Virus record (IMG/VR): IMGVR_UViG_3300012573_000004
DNA length: 64,000 nucleotides
Reading direction: 5' to 3' (one strand)
DNA from: a virus
Lineage: Duplodnaviria > Heunggongvirae > Uroviricota > Caudoviricetes
Made by a program: the position numbers and the translations under genes. Below the pieces are notes generated by a model. The model was not told the origin of the DNA. It ran no database searches and saw only the letters and a list, made by a program, of their open reading frames with translations. Within the stretch, counting starts at the first letter, position 1, and each line of letters opens with the position of its first letter. Below are positions 48,152 through 57,043 of the stretch, one piece after another.

Positions 48152-49135
48152 CTACCACTGTCCATAGATTTCAGAATGTGCTCTGATATTCATGTTTCCA
48201 GAAATAATACCTCCATGGCAAACTGTATAATCTAGAACATGAACGTTTTCACATACCATGCTATCTCCTTGGATTGTACAGTGTCCATAAATATGTGAAG
48301 TGCCACACACCTGAGCGTTATCTTTTACTACAGCATTGCCATAGATATGAGATTGTCCATAACACAGTGCTTCCCCTGATACTTCTGCATGTCCATAGAC
48401 AACACTGTTGTTATAGATTTCAGCGCTTCCCTTAATCACACAATGACCATAAGCTTTAGCTTCATCTGATAGACAAGCATGACCAGAAACATGACAATAT
48501 CCTTTAAGCTGAACATTGTCTACAACAATAGAAGAACCATCAACTCGCGCATAGTCTGAAACTACAACATCTCCACAAACATGAGCATTGTTTCCTACTT
48601 GAGCATCATCTTTTACCTGTGCCTTTCCATAGATACAAGCTTTTCCACAAAGATAAGCATAACCATAGATATCAGCACTTCCACTAACTTTCACATTGTC
48701 TCTAACAATAGCCCTTTGATGCACTTGAGCATTATCAAAAACTTGACTGTCATCTCTAATGATTGCACTGCTATAGACATGAGCATTGCCATATACTTGT
48801 GCATTTCCTAGAACAAAAGATTTGCCTGAAACATGAGCTTTATCATACACCTGTGCATTGTTTTTGATAGTTGCATAATCTTTTATTACTGCATTTCCAT
48901 ATACTTGTGCAGTGTCTTTTGCACAGCTAGATCCAGAAAGAACAGCATTGCCATATACCTTAGCATTATCAAAAACCCATGCGTTATCAGAAAGGTTATG
49001 TGGTGATTCTACAAAACCTCCTTTATCTCCTTGAGATACACCCTGATCAGGAATATCTTTGAGTGCTTGAATCCTGTGTAGGGTGTGTCCTGAGACAACA
49101 ATGGTGTCATGGGTAAGTCTAAAATAGGTATCCAT
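48152..49135 (-). CDS. Beta-solenoid repeat protein built from ~10-residue units ([DN]-x-A-x-V-[YFC]-G-[NK]-A-x-V), function unknown
   Basis: At least 25 consecutive degenerate repeats (NAKVYGNAVL, TAQVYGNAVI, NAQVYDKAHV, NAQVYGNAHV...). The same repeats are visible at DNA level. Confidence 0.6.
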   Translation of the reverse strand: MDTYFRLTHDTIVVSGHTLHRIQALKDIPDQGVSQGDKGGFVESPHNLSDNAWVFDNAKVYGNAVLSGSSCAKDTAQVYGNAVIKDYATIKNNAQVYDKAHVSGKSFVLGNAQVYGNAHVYSSAIIRDDSQVFDNAQVHQRAIVRDNVKVSGSADIYGYAYLCGKACIYGKAQVKDDAQVGNNAHVCGDVVVSDYARVDGSSIVVDNVQLKGYCHVSGHACLSDEAKAYGHCVIKGSAEIYNNSVVYGHAEVSGEALCYGQSHIYGNAVVKDNAQVCGTSHIYGHCTIQGDSMVCENVHVLDYTVCHGGIISGNMNIRAHSEIYGQW

Positions 49136-49246
49136 AATTGATAAGCTCTCCTTTTAATGATATATAGTGCTTTTTAACTACCAATGATAGACTTATGTGC
49201 ATCAAAAGTCAATAACATAGACAACATCATTAACATTTTAAGAATA

Positions 49247-49290
49247 GAAAAAATCCCTGTGGAAAAACTCCACAGGGAAAAGTTTTTTTT
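49247..49290. terminator. Bidirectional terminator (tccctgtgg/ccacaggga, A-run plus T8)
   Basis: Read in the sequence. Confidence 0.8.
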
Positions 49291-49423
49291 ATTCTGTGCT
49301 AATGGCTGCTAGTTGCTCGGCTGTAGCAATAAGAACAATGAGACCCCATGCTAAAGCCAATGGCATCATCACAGCACTAACAGCAGCAATAACGGTATTT
49401 TTTACCATATGATATCACCTTTC

Positions 49424-49828
49424 TTAAACAAGATTAGGTTGTGCAGTTTTGTGGAAATCCAGCTCAATAGAGCGCACATCATAAGTAGATGCAGCCTTAG
49501 ACAAGTTGATGATCATGAAGTTATCATCATCACCTGCAAGATTATATACCTCATTCATAGAATCTAGAGCAAAAATATCAGCATCAGTCCAGTTTCGTGC
49601 AGCAGCATTCCTATGATAGTTGTCTTTACCCAAATCCAGCTTGGAGTAATGAATCATGAAGACTTCTTGCAGAATCAGATCCGTTACAGCATGTACTCCT
49701 CGCTTGTTGAGCATCATAGTGATGTCATTGTCATTGAGAACATTTTCAATCAAAGATACAGTGGAATCAAAGGTGTTCTTGGTAGATGCCACCACTCCTG
49801 TGATAACCCCAGCACCCTGGTATTGACA
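49424..49828 (-). pseudogene. 3' portion of a small-protein gene split by the IS605-like insertion. Paralog of 52245..52670. Continues from the 5' fragment at 51902..51925.
   Basis: Translation ...CQYQGAGVITGVVASTKNTFDSTVSLIENVLNDNDI... aligns with the intact paralog from residue 9 onward. No in-frame ATG start: the track ORF 49424..49795 begins at a GTG, and the frame upstream of 49828 hits stop codons. Confidence 0.6.
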
Positions 49829-49879
49829 TTCTCCCCATAGCTAAAGCTAGGAGATTCAGTGTGTTATAGACTATAACTC

Positions 49880-51346
49880 CTAAATGGAGGTGTTATCATC
49901 TATAACCTTGACTGGATTGATAGCATCATTGAAATCAGCCTTGATTGAAGGTTTGAAAAACTCTTCTCTCATACCTTGCGGTATTGTAGGTCTTATAATC
50001 TCTCCACTACCATTCATATGATGTGCATCATATGCGGGCAAGTCAGTGCCCTGTAAAATATACTCATATAGAGCTAGGATGTTGCAAGCAGCATTGGTAT
50101 CAGCATTGCTATCATATCCACAATGCTTACAAAGAAAAATAGATTGACTCTCTCTATTCTTCTTATTTGTATATCCACACTTGCTGCACCTTTGAGAAGT
50201 GTAATAAGCTGGAACATACACTACTTGCTTTCCATTGTTTAAAGCTTTATATTCCAACATGGTACTTATTGTGGAAGGTGAAGCTGAAAGAAAAGATCTA
50301 TTCATTCCTCTCTTTTTCTTTCCACCTTTTTTAGTCATGTTCTTAACCTGGAGATCTTCTAGAACAATCACACCATGTTCTCTAATGATGAAGGTTGTTT
50401 TTTCTTGAAGCCAAGAGTTTTTATATGCAGAAATCTTCTTGGAATAATGAGCACATTTTCTCTTGTTTTCTTGGTAAGTATTTCCCTTCATCACCTTGTA
50501 CATGTTTTCTTTCCCACCAGCTTTTTTAGCTCTAGATCTAGCCTTACCCATTTGCTTTTGATAATACTTCTTCTTAGACTCATACTTATCTAAGAGCTTT
50601 TTATCAAAAGACATAGTTTTTCCATCACTAGTAGCTAGTGGAATGACCCCTCCACGATCAATGCCTACTGCTTTATTAGTTGCAGTAGAGTTCTTCTTAT
50701 TGCAAGCTGGGGTATTAGTAAAAACAACTGTCTTTGAAGACCAATTGACTATGACACTGGTATAGGGGTTAATGTCATCATAGGTTTTTACCCTAATGGT
50801 AATCTTCCAAGAAGATTTGTCCTTGGAGTTTTTCTTTTTATCTTTGGGATTTCTACCACCAATAACAATGACTCCTGTGTTTTTACCAGTTTTATGGTAT
50901 CTAGCATTAGTACCATTGTTATACCAGCATACAAAATATTGATCTTCTTTCTTTTTAGATTTAAATCTAGGCATAGAACCAGGATTAGATACACCTTTTT
51001 CTCTTAATGTTTTTCTTCTTTTTACAGCAGAAAACCATTCAATGTTTTCTTTCTTTTCTGGAGCTTGCAAAATCATTGTTGGAATAGCAGAAAGGAAAGA
51101 ATACTCTATCCTTGCATTTTTGTCAGTGATATTTGCAACATCACTTCCAATGGGGACAAGATTTTTATTCTTGTCATATTTCTTTCTTTTAGATCTATGC
51201 TGATTAAATCTTGTTCTGTATCCATCACATAACCAGTTCATAATCTTATCAGGAGATGTAGTATAAGAGTCAGTACCTTGAATACAACCACGGTAGATAG
51301 GAGCACCTGAGTGTTTAACACTAATGATTTTAGCCTTTTGACTCAT
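49880..51346 (-). CDS. tnpB: TnpB (IS605 OrfB) RuvC-like nuclease
   Basis: RuvC-I AVGIDRGGVIPLATSDGK. RuvC-II VIVLEDLQVKNM. Zinc finger CSKCGYTNKK...CKHCG. RuvC-III SNADTNAACNILA. Confidence 0.8.
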   Translation of the reverse strand: MSQKAKIISVKHSGAPIYRGCIQGTDSYTTSPDKIMNWLCDGYRTRFNQHRSKRKKYDKNKNLVPIGSDVANITDKNARIEYSFLSAIPTMILQAPEKKENIEWFSAVKRRKTLREKGVSNPGSMPRFKSKKKEDQYFVCWYNNGTNARYHKTGKNTGVIVIGGRNPKDKKKNSKDKSSWKITIRVKTYDDINPYTSVIVNWSSKTVVFTNTPACNKKNSTATNKAVGIDRGGVIPLATSDGKTMSFDKKLLDKYESKKKYYQKQMGKARSRAKKAGGKENMYKVMKGNTYQENKRKCAHYSKKISAYKNSWLQEKTTFIIREHGVIVLEDLQVKNMTKKGGKKKRGMNRSFLSASPSTISTMLEYKALNNGKQVVYVPAYYTSQRCSKCGYTNKKNRESQSIFLCKHCGYDSNADTNAACNILALYEYILQGTDLPAYDAHHMNGSGEIIRPTIPQGMREEFFKPSIKADFNDAINPVKVIDDNTSI

Positions 51347-51449
51347 GGTTTTCTCCTTTCTTGGATAAGAATGTTCTTTGTTATATGATGTGTTAGTAGT
51401 ATAACATAAAAAAGAACACTATGCAAATCATTGCTTCAAGGAGTAGCTT

Positions 51450-51845
51450 ATGGATGGAAATATTAAAACAGAAAATCACATTACTTATGACTGCCATTAC
51501 CATGTTGCATGGTGTACCAAGTATAAGCTTGAACTCTTAAAAGATGGGGTTGATGAGCGTTTAAAGGAAATCATTTATGATGTAGCACAAGAGTTTGATG
51601 CTGTTGTTGAAGAGTTAAAAATCACAAAAGATCATGTTCATTTAATTTTGTCATGCTACCCTCATATTACTCACAAAATAATCAGAACAATGAAGGGTAG
51701 ATCTTCTAGTCTTCTACGAGAGGAATACAGTTTCATCAATACTAGAACCCCTTCCCTGTGGACAAGACGTTATTTCATTGCTACTACTGGTGAATCACAG
51801 CTAAGAAATATTAAAAGGTACATAGAAAATCAAAAGAGGAGATGA
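51450..51845 (+). CDS. tnpA: IS200/IS605 Y1 (HuH) transposase TnpA
   Basis: HuH motif HVHLIL. Catalytic Tyr region RRYFIATTGES. Length 131 aa. Confidence 0.8.
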   Translation: MDGNIKTENHITYDCHYHVAWCTKYKLELLKDGVDERLKEIIYDVAQEFDAVVEELKITKDHVHLILSCYPHITHKIIRTMKGRSSSLLREEYSFINTRTPSLWTRRYFIATTGESQLRNIKRYIENQKRR

Positions 51846-51901
51846 CACCACCATTCCTCCCCATGCCTAAAGACAGAAGAATCCTGGTGGTGTGCATAGG
51901 T

Positions 51902-51925
51902 TTTCCACAATAATGAACTTGGACA
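51902..51925 (-). pseudogene. 5' fragment (MSKFIIVE) of the IS-disrupted small-protein gene, with its conserved ~230-bp upstream leader (51926..52140)
   Basis: ATG TCC AAG TTC ATT ATT GTG GAA is identical in sense to the start of the paralog (MSKFVIVE). The reading frame then runs into IS sequence and stops. Confidence 0.55.
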
Positions 51926-52244
51926 TATATCTCATCTCTTTCTGATAGATGGTGTGTTTTCCTCTTGAACAACTTCTATATTAGAAGAAAGAAAGAAAGT
52001 TCCCTGTTTAACTGATACCCCATTGTAGGGGTGGTAAAGAAGAGGGTGATATTGTGTCCCCTTATATCACAGTAGATACGCAACACAAAAATGGATAGAG
52101 CGGTTTGTATATTTTAACCTATTCCCACACAGTACCTCCTCACTCTTTTAGCACGCTAATATAATAAGTGGTGGGGAGTTCATAAAAACAAATAAAGACC
52201 CTTGCAAATCTAGCATCTACAAGGGTTTTTATCTGTTTTCTGTC

Positions 52245-52670
52245 TTATGCATCAACCTTTGCAGGATTGTAGAAATCTAGCTCAATAGAGCGTGCATCAT
52301 GGGTAGATGCAGCCTTGGATAAATCAATAACCATGAAGTCATCATCACCTCCAAGGTCATATATCTCTTGCATGGAATCTAGGGTTAGGATCTCAGCGCT
52401 AGACCAGTTTCGTGCAACAGCATTGGTGTGATAGTCATTTTCACCCATGATATCCAACTTGGAATAATCAATCATGAAAACATCATTCAAAATGAGCCTG
52501 GTAATAACATAAGTGCCACTTTGCTGAAGCAGTGCAGAAATGTCATTGTCATTGAGCACATTTTCAATACGGGAAACAGTAGATTCAAAGGGGTGCTTGG
52601 TAGATACCTCCACTGCCTTGACCATTCCAATTCCATGGTACTGCTGTTCCACAATAACAAACTTAGACAT
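52245..52670 (-). CDS. Small hypothetical protein (142 aa); intact paralog of the IS-disrupted gene
   Basis: MSKFVIVEQQYHGIGMVKAVEVSTKHPFESTVSRIENVLNDNDI... SD ctaggagagaaaacATG. Confidence 0.6.
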   Translation of the reverse strand: MSKFVIVEQQYHGIGMVKAVEVSTKHPFESTVSRIENVLNDNDISALLQQSGTYVITRLILNDVFMIDYSKLDIMGENDYHTNAVARNWSSAEILTLDSMQEIYDLGGDDDFMVIDLSKAASTHDARSIELDFYNPAKVDA

Positions 52671-52886
52671 GTTTTCTCTCCTAGTAGATGGTGTGCTTTC
52701 TTGCTTGAACACCTTTTACTATAGTGGGAAAGGTGTCATCTGTCTACTTGCTACCCCATTTGAGGGGTGAAAAAAGAGGAGGGTGATATTGTGCCACCCC
52801 CCCCTTTTTTTGTCTTGTGGTGAGCACACAACACAAGAATAGACAGAGTGGTCTGTCTATTTTAATATTGATTCATATTTAGTGAA

Positions 52887-52920
52887 ATAAAAACAGCATG
52901 AGATGTTCTCATGCTGTTTT
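52887..52920 (-). terminator. Terminator for tRNA-Asp (aaacagcatgaga/tctcatgctgttt hairpin with a T-run on the minus strand)
   Basis: Read in the sequence. Confidence 0.75.
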
Positions 52921-52923
52921 CTG

Positions 52924-52997
52924 CGCTTCTGACGGGACTCGAACCCGCGACCTCCGCCGTGACAGGGCGGCGCGCTAACCGGCTGCGCCACAGAAGC
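52924..52997 (-). tRNA. tRNA-Asp (anticodon GTC). Notably GC-rich.
   Basis: Reverse complement GCTTCTGTGGCGCAGCCGGTTAGCGCGCCGCCCTGTCACGGCGGAGGTCGCGGGTTCGAGTCCCGTCAGAAGCG. Anticodon loop CTGTCAC. Confidence 0.85.
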
Positions 52998-53131
52998 AAT
53001 AAATATACTATAACACACCTAGAAAAACACTGTCAAGTCCTAGTTTAAAAAACTTTCTCCACACAAGAAAATGCATGCTGCTATGATGAAAAAGAACATT
53101 TATTTCTCTATTTTTCGCAAAGGAAAAGCAC

Positions 53132-53542
53132 ATGGCTAAAAAGAAAAAGAACACCTCTTCATCTACATCTTCTAGAACTGATATTGCAGCATCATTTATT
53201 GCTGACAACATCTACCGTTATAACACCATGACTGTTGAAGATAGATCTGTTACCCCTTGGGATCTAAGAGATGCACTGATTTCAAAAAACCCTGGAAACC
53301 TTTATGAAGTAAAAAACACCTCTGATGGTGATGTGGTATCTATCAACAACAATGACTGTGTTATCTATGCAGGTGATTCTGCTTTTAGTGATGCTGGACA
53401 AAGGGGTTTTAAACTAGATAGAATCATCTATGACCGCATGGGTGGATCTAGAGGGAAAGGATCTGGATCAGGGGGAAGTTTTGTCACTGTTGCACTTGTA
53501 CTTCTTCTTGTCATTATCATTGCAGTGGCTATTTTCTTCTAA
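53132..53542 (+). CDS. Tail-anchored small protein (basic N-terminus, C-terminal TM VTVALVLLLVIIIAVAIFF)
   Basis: ORF. Terminator 53565..53602 downstream. Confidence 0.5.
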   Translation: MAKKKKNTSSSTSSRTDIAASFIADNIYRYNTMTVEDRSVTPWDLRDALISKNPGNLYEVKNTSDGDVVSINNNDCVIYAGDSAFSDAGQRGFKLDRIIYDRMGGSRGKGSGSGGSFVTVALVLLLVIIIAVAIFF

Positions 53543-53564
53543 GTTGTACTTGTTCAATACAGTC

Positions 53565-53602
53565 AAGCTGGTTTTGTTTTTCAACAAGACCAGCTTTTTT
53601 GT
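53565..53602 (+). terminator. Rho-independent terminator (aagctggt...accagctt plus T6)
   Basis: Read in the sequence. Confidence 0.65.
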
Positions 53603-53820
53603 ATCTAGCAAATAAGATAAAAACACCTCTGATAACTCCATACTCTTTCCTGAGATAGCTTGAAACAAGCTCTTTGGATTTTCATACACAAAGAGATTTC
53701 CAGCTGCTTAGAAAGCAATATAGGAGGTATTATTATATTGTGTCCCTTTTACCTTTTCATAAAAAAGAAAAACACCCCTTGGAATACATCTAAGAGGTGC
53801 ATTTAAATCATAGGCTGTTT

Positions 53821-54552
53821 CTATGCAGCCACAGAACTGTGATGATCAATGACTACATCAGCAAAATCCTCCAAAGTGGAAACACGAACACCTGGAAGAT
53901 GCTCATTATATGGCTGATTGTAGATAACAGGGAAAGAATGAGATCGTGCCAGAACATCAATGATGTTTTTAGGTGCATCATCAATGATGTAGTCAAAACC
54001 CATTTCTGACTTGTTCTTCTTATCCATGAAGAACAAACGATCATCAGTGATGTTGATACCATGACGGGAAAAGAAGCGCAAAGTCTCCTTCCTCCATGGC
54101 TCACGGCGGGCTGTAACAGCAAGAACCTTGAATCCATGATCTACAAGCTTATTGACAGCCATAGGTGCAGTAGGATCAGCTAGAGGAATATCTCCTGCTT
54201 TATCCATGACTGAAACATGTGCTTTTTCAAAGTCATCAAAGTTTTCAAACCATCCAGAATCAACAAAGTTATAAGACTCTGGACAGTCAATATCACTTTC
54301 TGCAACAAGAGAATAAGGCTTCATAGCTGCATTAAAATCAGCCATAACACCATCAATGTCTAGTGCTACTACAGGAGACTTCTTAGTAATGGTAAAAGTC
54401 TTTTCTACCATAAGATCTTTGACAAGATGTGCTTCTTTGATCTTTCCTGGAGATACCTGATCTACAGGGAGATGAGAATACGTAGTGTATAAATCCAATG
54501 AGGACATAAGTGATAAAACTCCTTGATAATATAAGTGCTTTTTTAGATACAT
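53821..54552 (-). CDS. HAD-superfamily 5'(3')-deoxyribonucleotidase-like (NT5C-like) protein
   Basis: HAD motif I VVALDIDGVMADF. Motif III/IV region ...YIIDDAP. Start uncertain (several in-frame Met codons). Confidence 0.55.
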   Translation of the reverse strand: MYLKKHLYYQGVLSLMSSLDLYTTYSHLPVDQVSPGKIKEAHLVKDLMVEKTFTITKKSPVVALDIDGVMADFNAAMKPYSLVAESDIDCPESYNFVDSGWFENFDDFEKAHVSVMDKAGDIPLADPTAPMAVNKLVDHGFKVLAVTARREPWRKETLRFFSRHGINITDDRLFFMDKKNKSEMGFDYIIDDAPKNIIDVLARSHSFPVIYNQPYNEHLPGVRVSTLEDFADVVIDHHSSVAA

Positions 54553-54597
54553 GTGTCACTATAGCAGTGTATCTTTGCTTGATCAAGGAAAATGCAA

Positions 54598-54651
54598 AGA
54601 AAAATAAAAACACCCCTCTATGCAGAGATAGATCCTTGCATAGAGGGGTGT
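54598..54651 (-). terminator. Terminator (15-bp perfect stem acacccctctatgca/tgcatagaggggtgt with a T-run on the minus strand) downstream of the TnpB-like unit
   Basis: Read in the sequence. Confidence 0.8.
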
Positions 54652-54705
54652 TTCAGCCCAATAAGGAGTAAATGAACAATAGTTCACTGGATACACCACA
54701 GCATA

Positions 54706-54812
54706 AGCTATAAGTAAGCTTCTGCTGCGTGTATGACTATACCATAAGATAAAAGAAGACAAAAAGAAAAAACACACATGTACTTTTTACTCCTTGGTAG
54801 CGATCTAGCCCC
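54706..54812. repeat. ~100-bp direct repeat, copy 1 (downstream of the TnpB-like gene). Copy 2 is at 56558..56655.
   Basis: gctata..agcttctgctgcgtgtatgactatacca.aaga.aaaagaaga...cacacatgtactttttactcctt..tagcgatc.agccc shared between the two copies at about 90% identity. Confidence 0.75.
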
Positions 54813-54826
54813 CACCACAGTACCAA

Positions 54827-56623
54827 CTACATTAACAAAGAATGCACACAATGCATATCTTTTCTAGCATAGTTGGTTTTAGCAGCCTTTTCAGGGTCCT
54901 GGAGAGTATCGTATCTATCTCCATCCACTAAAACTGTCACATCATCATAGTGTGTAGTGGTGCTGTAAGTATTTCCCACCTCCTCCACAAACTTTTGTCG
55001 TGCTTTCTTGAACTGTCTTCCTTTCTTTTTATTATCACATTTTCCTGTAGGTTTTCCTTTCTTCTTTCCAGTTGATTTATAGGATAGAGTATCCTTTGTT
55101 ATAGGTGTTCTTAGATTCTTTTTATTCTTATCTCTTTTATAAGATTTAGATTTTCTTCTAGTAGAAGACATTTTACAAGCAGTAGGTATTGCTCTTTTTC
55201 CTATGTTGTATGAAGCATTGATATCTCTATCTACATCTTCTTTGCACTGTGTGCAATGAGCATTCTTCCATGTATTAAATGTAAGATTACTTCCACAGAA
55301 ATAGCATTGCGTGCTTGTATAAGCAGGATTGACAGTAATAACTCTTCCACCATTGAGTTCTACATATTCAGTAGTCCTTTTAACTAGTTCCCCTCTATTC
55401 CATCTACCACTGCTCATAGTATTTTCAATCCATGAAAGATCTTCAAAAGCTACAACAGCGTTATCCCATATATGTGATATATAAGCTATTTCACCTGCTG
55501 CAATGATTGCAAGTTGCCTTTTCTTGTTGCTGTTTTTCTTTCTTTGAAGAGATATTTCATTTTTGATATCCATATACTTTTTGTCAAAAATAGATGTCTT
55601 GTCTAACTTTTTATGTAGTGAAGATATTTGTCTAGATGTTGCTTTGATACTATTAGATAAAGAATGCACTCTTCTTGACAAAGATGTACTATGCACCACT
55701 CTTCCATTTTTGTCAATGACTGAAACTACTGCATAGTCACTAATATTGACATCTACGCCAATAAAATAGTTGCTGGTTATATCTTTGTAGATGTAAGGGT
55801 ATTCCATAGAAAAATGGAATAATACTTTGTTGTCTTTCACAGTTATATCAGGCAAGCATACTTTTGATGCTTCAAAAAACCTTGATGTGTCAAAATGAAA
55901 GTATAGCAAATACCACTGTCCATCAATAACCATTCTTAGACAAATATGACCATCTTCAAAAGGATTGTTGGTGATATATGCATAGCCTTTATCAACAATG
56001 CTTAAGCTTATCTTGTCCCTTATATCACAAGGGGTTCCTATATGGGCTGTTCTCTTCCATCCTGAACTGATATATTTATCACTTGATCCATTGAAAGCTT
56101 TTATTCTTTCTAACCATGATGTAGCTTCATCTACTACTCTTCTGTGGTACAACCATTGTCTTCTGGAGTTGCCACTGGTTTTTGATACATTCTTTGTGTG
56201 TTCTTTGTAGGATATACCACCATTTGAATAGCTAATATGAGATTCTTTATGTGATGGAATAACACCTTGTGGAAGATTTAACCCTAGAGAAATACCTATT
56301 TTACTTGCATTGTTGAAACCATTGTACCTTTCCATATCATCAAGCAAGTGGATATCATTTCTCAGTGTCCATTCAGCTGCTGCTGTTATTGATTGTATTT
56401 CTTCTTTCAACCTAGCAAGAATGAGCTTTGTATCATCAACATCTTTTCCTGATAAATCATGAATGGAATAAGGTGTTGCAGTAAAGCTTTTATAACACTT
56501 ATTGCTGTTTTTGCTCAATATAATCACCTGCTTTAGATAACAAGCACAAGCTTCAATCGCTATAGCTTCTGCTGCGTGTATGACTATACCACAAGACAAA
56601 AGAAGAAAAAAGGGGAAGCACAC
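54827..56623 (-). CDS. TnpB-like / Cas12-like RuvC nuclease (598 aa with an N-terminal extension)
   Basis: RuvC-I IGVDVNISDYAVVSVIDKNG. RuvC-II AVVAFEDLSWIE. Zinc finger CYFCGSNLTF...CTQC. RuvC-III DVDRDINASYNIG. The ATG at 56623 has the SD caaggagtaaaaagtacATG, and this start lies inside the direct repeat. Confidence 0.7.
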   Translation of the reverse strand: MCFPFFLLLSCGIVIHAAEAIAIEACACYLKQVIILSKNSNKCYKSFTATPYSIHDLSGKDVDDTKLILARLKEEIQSITAAAEWTLRNDIHLLDDMERYNGFNNASKIGISLGLNLPQGVIPSHKESHISYSNGGISYKEHTKNVSKTSGNSRRQWLYHRRVVDEATSWLERIKAFNGSSDKYISSGWKRTAHIGTPCDIRDKISLSIVDKGYAYITNNPFEDGHICLRMVIDGQWYLLYFHFDTSRFFEASKVCLPDITVKDNKVLFHFSMEYPYIYKDITSNYFIGVDVNISDYAVVSVIDKNGRVVHSTSLSRRVHSLSNSIKATSRQISSLHKKLDKTSIFDKKYMDIKNEISLQRKKNSNKKRQLAIIAAGEIAYISHIWDNAVVAFEDLSWIENTMSSGRWNRGELVKRTTEYVELNGGRVITVNPAYTSTQCYFCGSNLTFNTWKNAHCTQCKEDVDRDINASYNIGKRAIPTACKMSSTRRKSKSYKRDKNKKNLRTPITKDTLSYKSTGKKKGKPTGKCDNKKKGRQFKKARQKFVEEVGNTYSTTTHYDDVTVLVDGDRYDTLQDPEKAAKTNYARKDMHCVHSLLM

Positions 56624-56655
56624 ATGTACTTTTTACTCCTTGATAGCGATCAAGC
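56558..56655. repeat. ~100-bp direct repeat, copy 2. It contains the SD, the start codon and the first ~20 codons of the TnpB-like gene.
   Basis: See copy 1. Confidence 0.75.
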
Positions 56656-57043
56656 CCTCTCACCACACAATAAGGAAAACAACAGCAAAGGGCGATCAAG
56701 CTGGTGGAATAAAAAGCAAACATGTGTGCTTTTCCCCTCTATTTATTTATATGAGCACTATATAAGAAAACATCCTTTCCCTCAAGTGCTGTTTTTAAGC
56801 ATACTACATAGGGTAAAAACGTGTCAAAATAAGGTGTATAAAATAGGAGTTTCTGCAGGTGAAAGGTATAAAATATGTTGATTACTTTTACACATCTTTA
56901 CAACTTTGCAGCTTTACAGCTCTACAGTTTCCCCCTTCTCCTTAGTTGATTTCTCTTTTCCCTAGTGACTAGGCAAAGATATTATTAACAAGTATAATGT
57001 AGATCACAATGGAGTTTATCTTTCAAAAGCAAAGGAGTGCTCT

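Larger units (their letters stand above)
49829..51901. mobile_element. IS200/IS605-family insertion sequence (tnpB plus Y1 tnpA, divergent) inserted into a small-protein gene; boundaries inferred to within 3 nt
   Basis: Gene fragments on both sides rejoin in frame to a full-length ortholog of 52245..52670. No target-site duplication. Confidence 0.65.
54706..56655 (-). mobile_element. Solo TnpB-like unit bracketed by ~100-bp direct repeats (IS1341-like or another element type). Architecture unusual.
   Basis: 598-aa RuvC/zinc-finger nuclease gene between repeat copies at 54706..54812 and 56558..56655. Confidence 0.45.

Noticed and set aside
51926-52140. Considered the conserved 230-bp leader (and its copy at 52671..52900) as a T-box or other known riboswitch
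   Set aside because: GGGTGG-containing segments are present, but the T-box specifier/antiterminator boxes (AGAGA, the conserved T-box sequence AAUUAGGGUGGNACCGCG) are not recognisable. The conservation is adequately explained by a recent duplication. Left as an unclassified leader.
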